Numbered from the stretch's first letter, positions 27,382 to 41,308 are shown. The stretch: 64,000 bases of DNA from Octopus sinensis (GCF_006345805.1 NC_043008.1:58404001-58468000), one strand, 5' to 3'. Notes: generated by a model from the letters alone, not told the origin. A program made the numbers and translations.

Positions 27382-28851
27382 AAAGAGTATAGGAAGAAAA
27401 TTGCATAAGCTATTTATTGAGAGTAACGAGGCGTGTTAGGGGTATGTTAACATTTAAAATTATCACACATATCTTCTAAAAGAATGAAATTATATACGCG
27501 TGTTGATGTGTGTGTGTGTGTCTATATATATTTATTTATATATAAGTAATTATATATATATATGTGTATGTATGTATGTTTGTATGTGTCTGTGTTTGGC
27601 GCCTACCTGTTTTCATCGCGAGTATTATGAATAGGCCTCGGTAGAACTTACACTAATTTCCTGATCTTTATACTGCTTTATAATTTTATTTCTTTGTATA
27701 CAGCCAAAAGTTTGAAACATATTTTCGTATACGTGATGTACTCCCTTCTATTTATTAAACGTAAGCAATTTGATCTAGAATTATATTTTTGATTTTGCCT
27801 ATTTTTTCTTCTAGACATTGAGCCATTGGATCAATTATTCGGCAATTATATCTTTACGTTGTATGTATTTAAATCGGATTGTAGTTAGGCATAACAATTG
27901 TAATTTAAAACAAAATATTCCAAACATTTAACCACGGCTGTTTGTTGAATAAATATGAATATATCATAAATGGACCTGAGATATCTTCTTTATCTGTCTC
28001 CCCATGTGTTCTATTATATGATACTTGTGCCAGCTTGAGCGATACATTGCCAATATCCAATTACCCAATTCTTTTCTAGACAGCTGACTTAACCCAGCAT
28101 TTAAAGTTTCATTTTAAGTCTCGTTTAGGCACGCATGCGACCTTAGAAGTAAACGTATGCGCCTGCTATCCGACCGACGTCATTAGACATAGTATTAACC
28201 AAGATCTAAAACAATATTGATGCATAATATGTGATGGTTCAATAGTGACTATGGTATGCACAAACTTCCGTACACAGAGATATATAGAACCATAAACACA
28301 CGCTTACATGTAACAACTTAGGTATTTATATACATTTATTGAAGCAATAAGCCTCAATTTATTATATATTTGTATTTGTACATGCATGTATATATGTATG
28401 TTTTTGTCAGTATATATAAGTGCATATCACCGTCTTTTGTTCTTTCTGTCGATTTTTAATATTTTCAATATTGATGCTTACATACAAAGATATTTATATC
28501 TTTCACATGCTTTAAGCCATATTGGTATTTTGATTTTCGTAAACCAATTTTTTCTCCTGAAGACACGGATTACTCATCACATAAATTAATTATCTATACT
28601 AACCGTGTAATTATTGAAATACTAGCAGAGATACCCGGTGTTGCTCGGGATTAAATTGACTTAGTCTGTATATATATATATATATATATATTACAGTTAT
28701 GTTGAAACAGGTGAAACGGGAGAGTGCAGCATTAACGACAAAATATTTGTGGAGTAAATAATGGACTAATTCCACTAAGCAACATGTCATGATTCCATTT
28801 AGAATATTCCAGGCCCTAAATTTCATGGAGATGTGGGGGTGGGCAGTATGG

Positions 28852-29186
28852 GCATGCCTTTTCTGATTTTGAGAAAGTCTCATCTCACTTCTCTCTTCAG
28901 ACTCCATCTGACATGTTGCAGCATGCCTTTGCTGATTTTGGGAAAATCTCATCACCCTTCGATCATCAGACTACATTTGACGTGCTGCAGCATATGTTTG
29001 CTGATCTTGAGAAAGTCTCATATCGCTTCTGTCTTCAGACTCCATTTGATGTGCTACTGCATGCATTTGCTAACGTTGGGAATGTCTCAACCCACTTCTC
29101 TCTTGACACTCCGTTTGACGTGGTGTAGCATGCCTTTGCTGATCACAGGAAAGTCTCATCTCCCTTCTCTATTGAGACTCCGTTAA
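28852..29186 (-). pseudogene. 69-bp tandem repeat (about 5 units) encoding a decayed RepHel-like N-terminal repeat
   Basis: Minus frame reads ESEERSEMRLSQNQQRHAATCQM-type units with three in-frame TAG stops; period 69 nt = 23 codons. Resemblance to Helitron RepHel N-terminal repeats is from memory. Confidence 0.6.
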
Positions 29187-29509
29187 TTTAAGGGTAAATA
29201 TGTAATAGTAAATACCTTGCAACCTAGCAACTGCTGCGACACTTATGAACTGGTAATTGAACGGTAAATGTGTATTATTGTAGACCTTGGACCTGCCACG
29301 TAATTGTTTTTTGTCAAGAGTTTCACCTCCAGCCGTTCGTTTTGTCAGTCAACGGACATACACTGACACACCAAGCCGCTGCCATGGAGGGTAAAGACGA
29401 AAGGTTACCGATGCATAATATTGTTCACATTAGGACATAATTTATTCATTTATTTATCACAGTAGAATCAGAAGTGAAAGATTAAAAGTGTAACAATATT
29501 AAAAGTATA

Positions 29510-29910
29510 GGCGCAGGAGTGGCTGTGTGGTAAGTAGCTTGCTAACCAACCACATGATTCTGGGTTCAATCCCACTGCGTGGCATCTTAGGCAAGTGTCT
29601 TCTGCTATAGCCTCGGGCCGACCAATGCCCTGTGAGTGGATTTGGTAGACGGAAACTGAAAGAAGCCTGTCGTATATATGTATATATATATATGTGTGTG
29701 TGTGTGTTTGTGTGTCTGTGTTTGTCCCACTAGCATTGCTTGACAACCGATGCTGGTGTGTTTACGTCCCCGTAACTTAGCGGTTCGGCAAAAGAGACCG
29801 ATAGAATAAGTACTGGGCTTACAAAGAATAAGTCCCGGGGACGATTTGCTCGACTAAAGGCGGTGCTCCAGCATGGCCGCAGTCAAATGACTGAAAACAA
29901 GTAAAAGAGT
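29510..29910 (+). mobile_element. SINE-A, full length, nested in Helitron
   Basis: Complete head, core and tail. Confidence 0.93.
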
Positions 29911-31235
29911 ATAACAATATTATAATTCGCTCTGAGAAATAATATAAACTTAGCATGAAAAATGAAAGAATACAAGTGAAATAATATTATAAGACATTAC
30001 AATATACATCTTATTCTTTCACTTTTGAAACGTAATACCGAACCAGTGCCAATGGTATTTTGTTTTAATTCAAATGAAAAAAAAAATACATGTTGACACT
30101 TACGGGGTCTGATGCTATTACATTGTAAAATTTAATTTGATTTCGTTGAACCGTTTGTGAATGCATAGGGAACACACAGACCGACAAAGAATTTCATATA
30201 TATAGACAAGGAAGTCAAGTTGTAGGCAGAACTTACAAACCCCATTTTCTAGAAGACAATAGCTTGAGCGTGAAAACTTGAACCGCTTTAGGATAGCTTT
30301 TTCTAACTGAAATATTTCTAATTGAAATATTATCGGCTGTATGTAGCCCATAGCGGTCATCCGTTCGCATACATGATCGGACGCACAACGTTCTTCGATA
30401 GAGGGAGAAATGTAAACAGTGTATTTAAATAGACGGAGTGCAAAAATTGAAAGTAAGTAAAGTAATGTTGTAAAGAGTACCCCACAAATACCGTAAAGAC
30501 AGATATTTACGCACGACAAAATTTGAATACACTGGAGTGAAATGTTAGGCAAATGTAGCGAAACTGAATCTAAACACACTGGCTGAACAAAAATTAAAAA
30601 TAGCTAAATTATTTTTCAGGGGAAAAGTACAAAACCTAACAACAGAGATATTTTATGCACGACTAATTATAATAGACGGAATTCAATTTGTAGAGAGAAG
30701 TTAGTGTGTGAGTGAGTTAAAGAGGGAGAGAGAGAGAGAGAGCGGAAGATACAGACATAGACTCAAAGAGATGAACTATTACAGAGGGTGAGGGAGAATA
30801 TATGTAAGCAAGAGAAACAGAGAATGAGAAAAAGAGAGACAAGTGAGAAATAAACAGACAAAAAAATGGAGACAATCGATTGAAAACTGCAGACGTTTTT
30901 AGAGAAGAACCCGTATAAAACAGCGTTTTTACAGGTTTCTCTCTTTACGCGTTAGCTCTGGGCATAATGTTATAGTGCATGACATAAGTAATGGCACATA
31001 TCCTTGGCACATAAGTAATGTGTGTGTAAAGTTTGATGAAAATCGGTTGAAAACTGCAGAAATGCATACGAACTATATACCCATACATCCTTTGTTTTAT
31101 ATATATAGATTGATACTTTTACACTATCTGATAAAACAGCTGTAAGGTACAATTAAATTATGAAATATTTGCGAACTTTTGCTTTAAAAAAATATTTCCA
31201 ATCATATATTTATATCTATATATACATATACAAGT

Positions 31236-31470
31236 AGAGGGGGTAGCTAAGGTAAATGGCGCCCAGGACAAGTATTGAAACTGCGCCTCTCCACCCAACC
31301 AAAAAGTGGAAACTCGCATAGAAAAAATGAATAACTGGTTTTAAAAGATTGCATGACGATAAGCAAAATAAACCGTGCTTGAAAAGGTTTACTTGGTCAA
31401 AATTGCGCACCCCTAAAATTGGGGGGCCCAGGGCATGTGCCCTGCTTGCCCCATCCTAGCTACACCCTTG
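31236..31470. mobile_element. Degenerate MITE with GGGGTAGCTA(A)GG / CCTAGCTACACCC termini
   Basis: Imperfect terminal inverted repeats around a GC-rich ~230-bp interior; superfamily not assigned. Confidence 0.4.
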
Positions 31471-31688
31471 TATACAGGTATATGCATCTATGTATGTATG
31501 TATGTATATATGTATGTATATATGTATGCATGTATTGATATATATATATATTTATATATACATACATATATATATATATGTATAAATATATAAATAAAAC
31601 TGTATGCAAGCAATAATAAATCTCTGAACGAGATATAACAGTAACTGCTTGAAATTGTCGTGCAGTATATATATATATATATATAATG

Positions 31689-31720
<32 letters not shown>

Positions 31721-31747
31721 GTATATATACATATATATATATAATTA

Positions 31748-31779
<32 letters not shown>

Positions 31780-32258
31780 ATATATATGACATAAAATGTT
31801 TAGATCAGATATTTGGCGTGTAAAAAATACGTTGTTTACAGGAGTTTGCCTTGGAGAATGTCCTTGGTTTAGGCCTAGGTGTCAAGCCACTACAAGTTAT
31901 CTGACGAAATGATGAATGAATTTGAAGCTGTTTGGCTATTATCAGTGTCGTGTGCCACAACAACCACAGCCTCGAAATGAATCTGGAAGTGAAGTCTTCC
32001 TCATAGAAAATCTGTATGAATTACGAATAAATTTCTTTCGACGCCGACCAGGCTAAAACAAACTATGTAGTTGACATGTGAAAATACTGTTGCATAATAC
32101 ACAAACGTTATGAGCTGCTCAACTATGTTTGTGACATAGCCATCTAAATGTTTGTTTAATTCATAACACTGCTCTCACGCACTTATTACACGCTGTACGC
32201 GTATAAAATTTATATACTTTTTAACTGTTCCAAAATGTTACAGGATACTAACACACAC

Positions 32259-32290
<32 letters not shown>

Positions 32291-32297
32291 ACACACA

Positions 32298-32347
<50 letters not shown>

Positions 32348-32522
32348 AATGCACATACTGGGTCAAGCACACAGGTTCTTTGTTTTCTTCAGATTTTTCT
32401 GATATCATACCAAAGAACCATTTTCTTACTTAGAAACAAAACTCGTTCATTGGCATTTTAACAACGTCAACAGAGTGATCAGGCTTGTTTGTATGTATAT
32501 GTATATGTATATATATGTATAT

Positions 32523-32579
<57 letters not shown>

Positions 32580-32955
32580 GTATATTTACATATGAATAAT
32601 TGTATGTTTGTGTGTTAATATGTTTGTGTGGTTGTGTATGTATTTCATGTATAGTGTTTCTGAGTGCATATTTAGGTGACCATCTCTGCATATACATACG
32701 TAGCATACGTTCATACATACATGCATACACACATGCACACACACACACTCACACACACAAACACACATTAAAACGTATCTGTATGCATATATTTGTTTCT
32801 GCACGTTTGTATCCATCCTTCTATCTATCTATCTATCTACATATATGTACGCATATATATATATATATATGTATATATATAAATGTGTGTGTGTATATAA
32901 GCACATGCATATATATATATATATATATAAATGTGTGTGTGTGTATATAAGCACG

Positions 32956-33020
<65 letters not shown>

Positions 33021-33563
33021 TATATATTTGTATATATTCTTGCGCATGTACTTGGTATACAAATGCATGTAGATACATAGTTATGTGCACAGGCACGTGA
33101 GAACTGGCATGTATGCCATTGAACATTTATAGATTTTTTGCATACTGAAAGTATTCGACGTTTGCCATACTCCGTCGTGTATGTATATCGTTATGCAATT
33201 AAACGCACACACACACGACCGCACAAACACACTTGCTCACACATATATATACGCATACATATATAGTAACACGTATATGCAAGTGCATGCATGTATGTAT
33301 GTATATATATATCGATCTCTCTCTCTATAAGTACATACATATATGTATGCAAAATATCTGTATATATATGTATATATGCATACATGCATATACACACATA
33401 CACGCACACACATTGACACACAAACACACACACGTATATATTCAATTATGAATTAGAATCGACGCTAGTGTCATAAGGATTATCGACCGCACATACTAAA
33501 TGTATGTGCAGTCGATAATTATATATTTATATACAATAATTACATACATATATATACATATAT

Positions 33564-33634
<71 letters not shown>

Positions 33635-33636
<2 letters not shown>

Positions 33637-33921
33637 CCTGGGGTTCAGGGGCCCTCAGCTGTTTTCAACAAACTGCCAGAAAACTAAGAGATCTACATGA
33701 TGCGGATGTGGACATTTTCAAAAAACATCTAGACAAGCTGCTTTCCGGATCCCAGATGAACCCACTGCAAGGTACGAAGGTAACCTAAGGGCAGCAGCTA
33801 CAAACTCTCTCTTAGATCAGTGGCCAGCCACGGCAAACTGGACTTAGAGAGGGTAGCAACAAGGGCGGTGCCCCAGCATGGCCTCAGCCGGATGGCTGAA
33901 ACAAGTAAAAGAGTAAAAGAG
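33635..33921 (+). mobile_element. CR1/L2-group LINE 3' end sharing its tail with SINE-A
   Basis: With frameshifts reads SLGFRGPQLFNKLPENLRDLHDADVDIFKKHLDKLLSRIPDEP..NSLLDQ, then GGCGGTGCCCCAGCATGGCC..GCTGAAACAAGTAAAAGAGTAAAAGAG. Confidence 0.8.
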
Positions 33922-33964
<43 letters not shown>

Positions 33965-34541
33965 GAGAGAGAGAGAGAGATTTAGATATGTGTATGGGTA
34001 CATGCATGATGTATGTTTATGTGTGTGAGTGTTAGTGTTTTTCCGTGTGTTTGTTGTTTTGAATATACAAGTATAGGATGGGGTGTCACACCAGTATCCG
34101 AGTGTATGTTACATCCCAGAGGATTAAACGCTAGAGACAAGCAGATATAAACATCAAAATAGTACAGAAGGAATGCATCGAGCCTCCATATGTCAACGAA
34201 ACAGAGTTCAAGTGCTCGTATGTTTACGTATGTATGTATGTATGCATGTACTAAGCCAAATTAAACTAGCACAAACGCAGAAACGTACACACATATATAT
34301 TGGTACACAGGCATGGTTGAATACATATATGTACATCGATCAATTTTTTCCGCTTACAGGAAGTACACATGCGTGTATGAGCATGGGAACATGCATATAA
34401 AACAGATACACACACATATTGTGAATAACTTAAATACATATATACCATGAGTTTGTGTTCATTATTCGTATATTTTTATATATATAATTATACGTATGTA
34501 AGTATGAATATTTACACACACACACACATATGTATATATAT

Positions 34542-34581
<40 letters not shown>

Positions 34582-34817
34582 CACATATATATATATATGT
34601 ATGTATATATATATATATGTATATGTATATATGTGTGTGTGTGGACTGAAAACAACTTGCACTGTAGGTAATAACACGTGCATCTATAAAAGCATCTATA
34701 AAAGCAAAAGCCTACACACATTTTGTGAAATTTTTTCACAAAGGTTAGAGCCTTTCGACGTTCTAAAAGGGTTCTTTTCTCATCCTTACTCTTTGAGAAA
34801 AAATCTTCCCTCCAAAC

Positions 34818-34873
<56 letters not shown>

Positions 34874-35092
34874 GTTTTGAGAAGAGAAGATTTTTTCCTC
34901 AAAGAGTTAAGATAGAGAAAGAACCCTTTTAGAAAGTCGAAAGGCTCTAACCTTTGGAAAGAGATTTCAGAAATGTGAGTGGGTTTTGCTTTTATAGATG
35001 ATGCGCAAGTGCTTCCGCTTTTAACGTCTTCAAGCACGCGTTATTACCTATAGTGCAAGTTGGTTTCAGTACCCCCCACACACACAGACACA

Positions 35093-35157
<65 letters not shown>

Positions 35158-35427
35158 TATAATATATATATATATGCATGTATATATATGTACTCACACC
35201 CATATATACGTATACGTATATTTGCATGTGCGTGCATGTAACGTTCTCTCTGACTACTTGTTAAAATGTACTTGCACTAAATTGAAAGCATATTGAATAA
35301 ATGGTGGAATGAATGGAGTTCACATATTAAACCGCCTACGTATATACGTATACATACATACATACATACTTATATACATGTATACATACATACCTACACA
35401 CACACACATATATAAAGATAATATATA

Positions 35428-35477
<50 letters not shown>

Positions 35478-36019
35478 GTATGCTTGTGTGTACGATTGTT
35501 TGTGTGTGGGTGTATGTGTGCGAGTGTGTATTACCATAAACATAGAATTATTATGCTCACAGGAATGAACTTGCTAATAAGTTATCTACCCATGCTATAG
35601 ATTCCGGAACACGCAAGCCATATAAGATTTACAGTTCTTATATCAGATATTAGCATAAATATTTGAAATGTCGTGACATTCAGAAAGTTTCCGGTTGGTT
35701 GCAAGATCTTGAACTTAAAACCGTCAACTATCTATCCATATTAAACTTTAAAATTCGAAGACAGAATTCTAATAAGATTTCAGAATAATGATAGTAATAA
35801 ATATAATACGATGAAAACTATTTTCATGCTAATTTTAATAGGCCAGCACACTGACGACTAATTATTCATTAGAGCGCATACACAATTATACCTATTAACA
35901 TAATAATTATACACATACACGCTTATATGTATATACATATATATATATATATATACATGTATGTATACATACATATACATACATATATATGTATGTATAT
36001 ATATATTATATATATATAG

Positions 36020-36039
<20 letters not shown>

Positions 36040-36051
<12 letters not shown>

Positions 36052-36508
36052 GAATCTGTTCTCTCTGTCTGTCTGTGTGTCTTCTAGGATCTTGAGCATC
36101 CTCCATCCGATTGCGCTCAAATTTAATATGTAGATACCGACGGTAGCAGGGCGTGTATAAGTCTTGAAAAAATTACAAAAACCGATTCCAGGTGAGAATG
36201 CGATCGATAAATCTTTCTTTGGAATAGAAAAATAGTCTATCTTTATTTCTTCTTTTGCTGGTGTCTCAAATTTAGGTTAAATCAGTGTTTCTCAAAGAGG
36301 AGGCCTATGGGACGGTCGGACAAGTTGTTTTGAGAAAATTTGGTTTAAATGTTTGACAACTCAACACCGTCCATTGGACGGGGGGCGTTTTTCTCGTGTG
36401 TATATATATATACGTATATTTCCCAAAATATTTTCAAAGGATATATAATCTTGGCGGTTAGCGTGTTAACTTTCAGATCGGTTCTCAATGCCGGCTAACG
36501 AATGTTAG
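36040..36508 (+). mobile_element. Helitron-like non-autonomous element
   Basis: TATATAGAATCTGTTCTCTCTGTCTGTCTGTG start, ATCCGATTGCGCTCAAATTT motif; homologous to 43795-44328 (inverted). 3' end uncertain. Confidence 0.55.
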
Positions 36509-36658
36509 TGATACCCAAGTTAGTCATAATTTACTAGCCTCAGTTATTATCATCGCTTGCTAAGTCCGAATGTCCTTTTAGGGACTTCATTGTTTCCGTA
36601 AATTTGCATAGATTTGCATAGTCATATTTTATCATACAGTAATTAACATCACTCTTCA

Positions 36659-36750
36659 TGGCTCTACACTCGTTTCGGCTGCAACCATTTCAAACTCTTA
36701 AGTTAAGTATGCCTCTTGCGTTCATTGTCGGCGCAGCTTCTTCAGGGTCC
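36659..36750 (-). ncRNA. Decayed hammerhead ribozyme motif downstream of the Penelope-like ORF
   Basis: CUGAAGA-AGCUGC..GCAGCC-GAAA-CGAGUGU-A: core and GUA triplet intact, A10.1-C11.1 mismatch, helix I broken. Confidence 0.55.
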
Positions 36751-37062
36751 GTTGTTTACTGTCGTTCGAGACTATAAGAATTGCCCACTACAGTCAACTA
36801 ACAGATTTCATCTGATTAAATAATTAATCGTGAAACTGACAGCTGGGTTGCCCTTTCAGCAAACAATAAGCAAAACCAATCTTCAGTGTTAATATCAAAG
36901 TGCGCCTATAAATAGTTACACTTCTGTATTATTTCTTACAATCTACATTTTACTGATTGCGATAAACAACTCTACACACATACACACACATGCATACCAC
37001 ACATACATACATACACACATACATACATATAGAAATTCCCTTGTTATTGAATGCGTACACAA

Positions 37063-37093
<31 letters not shown>

Positions 37094-37114
37094 TGTATAT
37101 ACATATGTATATAT

Positions 37115-37173
<59 letters not shown>

Positions 37174-37379
37174 GTATATGTATATATATGCATATACCTA
37201 GATACAAATGCATAAATAGATAAAATACCCGTACACATATTTAACACATCCACATGTATTCGCATGTATGTTCATATCTTTAGTATTAAATGATTGTGAT
37301 TCTTAAAGTAAGATAGAGGAGTTAATTAAAGATTAAAAACTAAAATGGAGATAATTAGGGTTGTTGGGGATTACCTACG

Positions 37380-37900
37380 GGGTGTTATGGATATATACTA
37401 TGTGGTAATTTAGGTTGCATTTAGATTTGTGGTAAAATATGAAGGTATGAAAAAAGCGGTGGTTGCATGTACTTAGTACCTCATATTTGTTTAGTAGTGT
37501 TGAGGATTTGTGGTTTAATATGTGAAATACCTTTGTAAGGCACAGCTTATAGGTTAAGCGTTGATTTTGGTATGGAAGCGCTGAGTTTATTATGGACCAT
37601 GACAAAGTGTAGGGAATATTTCTATTTTTGAAAGATGTATGTGACTGGTGAGTGTTGTGAATTTAATGTTTCTCGTATCTAAAAGAAGTGAGGTGAGCGG
37701 CATATTGCTGTGTATGTTTGACACTATATATATAGCTGTGAAATTGTGTAATTGTGTTGAGGACGGTGCATTTATAAATTACATTAGACCTTCTACAATG
37801 GATTTGTAGAGGATAGATGGACACAGGACGGCAGTTACAACTGTGTGTATTTTGGGGATTTTCAGCAACGGAGAAGGTAATACTGTCAGAGGAAAGGTTA
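37380..37900 (-). mobile_element. Penelope-like element, GIY-YIG endonuclease remnant
   Basis: NTHSCNCRPVSIYPLQIHCRRSNVIYKCTVL..YAAHLTSFRYEK, then after a frameshift IPYTLSWSIINSALPYQNQRLTYKLCLTKVFHIL..LLNKYEVLSTCNHR; matches the PLE pattern CNCR..CPL.G.C...NVIYKC..WSIL..C.LCL.E..LLNKR.E..C.H. Confidence 0.85.
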
Positions 37901-38079
37901 GAGATGGAAAGTGTATTATCAATGTTAATATTACTATTATGGTTATTATTGCTATCGTTGTTGTTAATTACTATATCTGTAAGGGTGGTGAAAATTGTGG
38001 TACTGTTCTGGGTAGTGTTAGCAAGGTGGGTTGGGTTATGATTGTGGTCTAACGTATGAGTTTCAATGCTGGAGCTATG

Positions 38080-38127
<48 letters not shown>

Positions 38128-38299
38128 TATCAAAATAAGCAACAAGATATCAAGTAGTAATGCAGTACGACTTTTTTAAACGGTTCCATTTAGTTGAACA
38201 ATGCGATCATTACATCAATTTTAAATGCAGTGCAATCTTCAGTTACAGAAATAAATAAATGGAATTTTAACAAGTAGGACATATTAATATAATTTTTCT

Positions 38300-38797
38300 C
38301 AAATGTCTTAACAGAGCAAGAAGATGAAAGAAATTCATGTTGTCATATATATGACAGGCCTTATCAATTCTCTCCAACGGCGACGAGAGCGCTACATCAT
38401 TTGCATGATGTGGAAGATATTGCATCAGCATTACCCAAATGATGTTGGCATCGCCTTTACGATAAACCAAAAATAGGGTCCCGTGCTATTCGCTCACAAT
38501 AAAAATCATATTCACATCACTTAACGACCATACGACACAATTATTTCACCTGAATTGGCCCCACCCTCCTTAACATTACACCAAAACACATACAAGCAGA
38601 GACAGAGCCCGTAAAATTCAAGAAGTCTTTGGATAAATTCCTTCAAAAAATCCCGCATAAACCTCCTGCACCTGAATATGTTTCCGTAAACAAAACCTCT
38701 ACTTGAGTGGGCCATGCTGTGCGATTCCTGATTTTAGTGACTCTGCCAGGTGGTGCTATTAAGTTAGACATGGCCTGGGCCAATACTGGCCGAAATC
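38300..38797 (+). mobile_element. CR1/L2-group LINE 3' end (second lineage)
   Basis: SLQRRRERYIICMMWKILHQHYPNDVGI..HNYFT*IGPTLLNITPK..KFKKSLDKFLQKIPHKPPAPEYVS. Confidence 0.85.
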
Positions 38798-38819
38798 TAT
38801 CAAAGTATATGTATATAAA

Positions 38820-39150
38820 GGCGGCGAGCTGGCAGAAACGTTAGCACGCCGGGCGAAATGCGTAGCCGTATTTCGTCTGCCGTTACGTTCTGAGTTCAAA
38901 TTCCGCCGAGGTCGACTTTGCCTTTCATCATTTCGGGGTCGATAAATTAAGTACCTTTATTACCCTTGTGGGTAATAAAGAAATAGGTATTTCGTCTGCC
39001 GCTGCGTTCTGACTTCAAATTCCGCCGGTATCGACTTTTGTCTGTCATCGTTTCGTTGTCGATAAATTATGTACCAGTCAAATACTGCGGTGGATGCGAT
39101 CGACTAGACCCCTCCCCCAAATTTCAGGCCTTGTGTCTTTAGTAGAAAGG
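38820..39150 (+). mobile_element. SINE-B plus partial tandem duplicate
   Basis: GGCGGCGAGCTGGCAGAAACGTTAGCACGCCGGGCGAAATG..GAGTTCAAATTCCGCCGAGGTCGAC; the internal part repeats from ~38985. Confidence 0.9.
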
Positions 39151-39194
<44 letters not shown>

Positions 39195-39279
39195 TAAAGG
39201 TAGAAATCAATATTTATCAATTAAAACCAGTGCTCTAGCATATTAAAAAAGAATCCGAAGATTAAAATATTTATATATA

Positions 39280-39469
39280 CCAATTAAGGACTGAACACGA
39301 AAAGTGGACAGTCAACATGCTAGATATAGACATCAATCGCCATTCTCCACAAAAGATTATGTTCTCAAATCTGAGTTTGATTTGAGAACATAATCTTTTG
39401 TTGAGAATGCGCTTTGATGTGTATATCTAGCATGTTGACTGTCCACTTTTCGTGTTCAGTCCTTAATTG

Positions 39470-39470
<1 letters not shown>
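39280..39470. repeat. Near-perfect 191-bp palindrome (fold-back/MITE)
   Basis: 92-bp arms 39280-39371 and 39379-39470, about six mismatches, 7-nt loop, TA-rich flanks. Confidence 0.9.
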
Positions 39471-39530
<60 letters not shown>

Positions 39531-40586
39531 CTGTATGCATATATGAGTTTCAATAAAATATATTAGTTTAATCATTTGAAGGTTTTGTTTTCTAATCTCT
39601 TCAGAGCTACATATACAAAGTGTTAAATATCTCAGATCTTAATTTACTCCCACCAGCCATTGTACGGGAAAGTAAATAAAATATAAAATATCACATTTGT
39701 ATCATAGAGTTATAAAACCAGGATCAGAGAACTGTATAAAGCTTAAAGTTGGTTGAGTTGAGAATGCGATTTCTGGATATCGTAAAAAGACTATATTATA
39801 ATCGGGGCCGGCCAGTGGTACATTGAATTTATATAGCATTAAAATATTTGAATTAAAATTTCGAAGTAAAAACAAAAGGAAATACGAAATTTAACGAAAG
39901 TAATGAGAATAAACAAAAAAATCACGAGAACTTCTAAAATTTCCCCCAGAAAATGTTAAAATAGAGACCAAGACAATATGAAACGTTTTAGTATATAGCT
40001 TAGTTCCTAACTTACGGTAGTACTAGAGAAAAATAAAGCAAAACAAAAAAAGTTATAAAACTGAGCACAAAGAGCGTAAAAAAGGTTGAATTGAATTTTC
40101 TCTGTGTTATTTGGATAATGTTATCATAAAGTACTGCCATTATCGCCGAAATGTCTACAAACTTCTTTTATTGACAAGAGCTTTATATCGCATTACATTG
40201 ATTGCTGAACAGCCTTGGTTACCATTAAAATTATTCTTGCATCTCGTATACGCATCTATATGTGATTACATGTATGTGAGTAATGTGTTTAGAGGTATAT
40301 ACAAATGCATACGCACACGTATAAAGACATGTGTATAGTTAAACTTATTTGCTTATCTACATATCAATATATGTTGTGTTTGTGTGTGTGTGTGTGTGGA
40401 TATGTATATACAAGCACATACACACATACATATATACATACATATATGTATGAGTATATGTATATGTATATGTATGTATATATTATATATATATATATTA
40501 TATATATATATTATATATACATATATTAACGCAAGTTGGGTGATGTAATGAGCAGCGCTGCTGTAAGCTATCTGTCTGTTTCTCTC

Positions 40587-40625
<39 letters not shown>

Positions 40626-40980
40626 TTACACCCATACTATACGATAAAAAGACGCATGCTTGTATAAGTACATAACACTGATACACCGTATCTACCATTA
40701 ACATTATTCTTATATTTGCATCATTTTTAATTACATGTATATTAGAGTATGTACTAGAAGCATATATATATATATATATATGTATTATATTATATATATA
40801 TATATATCTATATATATATATATATATACAATGGTGTGTGTGTGTGTGTGTGTGTGTGTATACATACATAGATATAAGTATATACAGAGAGATATATATT
40901 AACGTATTTTATGTACATATTTATCTATATGTAACCGTATGTTTCGTTTGTGTGAACACACAAACAGACACATATATGTG

Positions 40981-41031
<51 letters not shown>

Positions 41032-41308
41032 CTGCATCCATACTCACACACACAAATGTATATTGTATGATGTAAGGTATACCTTGAGTAATAAACATTT
41101 TTAACATCGCAGTGAAATGTAAACACAATAGTTACATCAGAGGTTTTTATACAACCGTGAACGGGAAATCTAGACTCAATTTGACCATTTTATAATCCTC
41201 TTAGATCTACGTCAGAGAAAAATACCAAACTTCTGTCGAAGAAAATATCGGTAACATATAACTATTTGCAACGCTTAAAAAGCATACAAGCCACACACAC
41301 ACACACAC

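Larger units (their letters stand above)
28622..31109 (-). mobile_element. Non-autonomous Helitron-type element
   Basis: Minus strand starts A|TCTATATATATAAAAC (31109) and ends CCCGAGCAACACCGGG hairpin, 7 nt, CTAG|T (28622). Second 5'-like end TCTATATATATGAAA at 30206. Contains a decayed charged 23-aa repeat and an inserted SINE-A. Confidence 0.7.
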
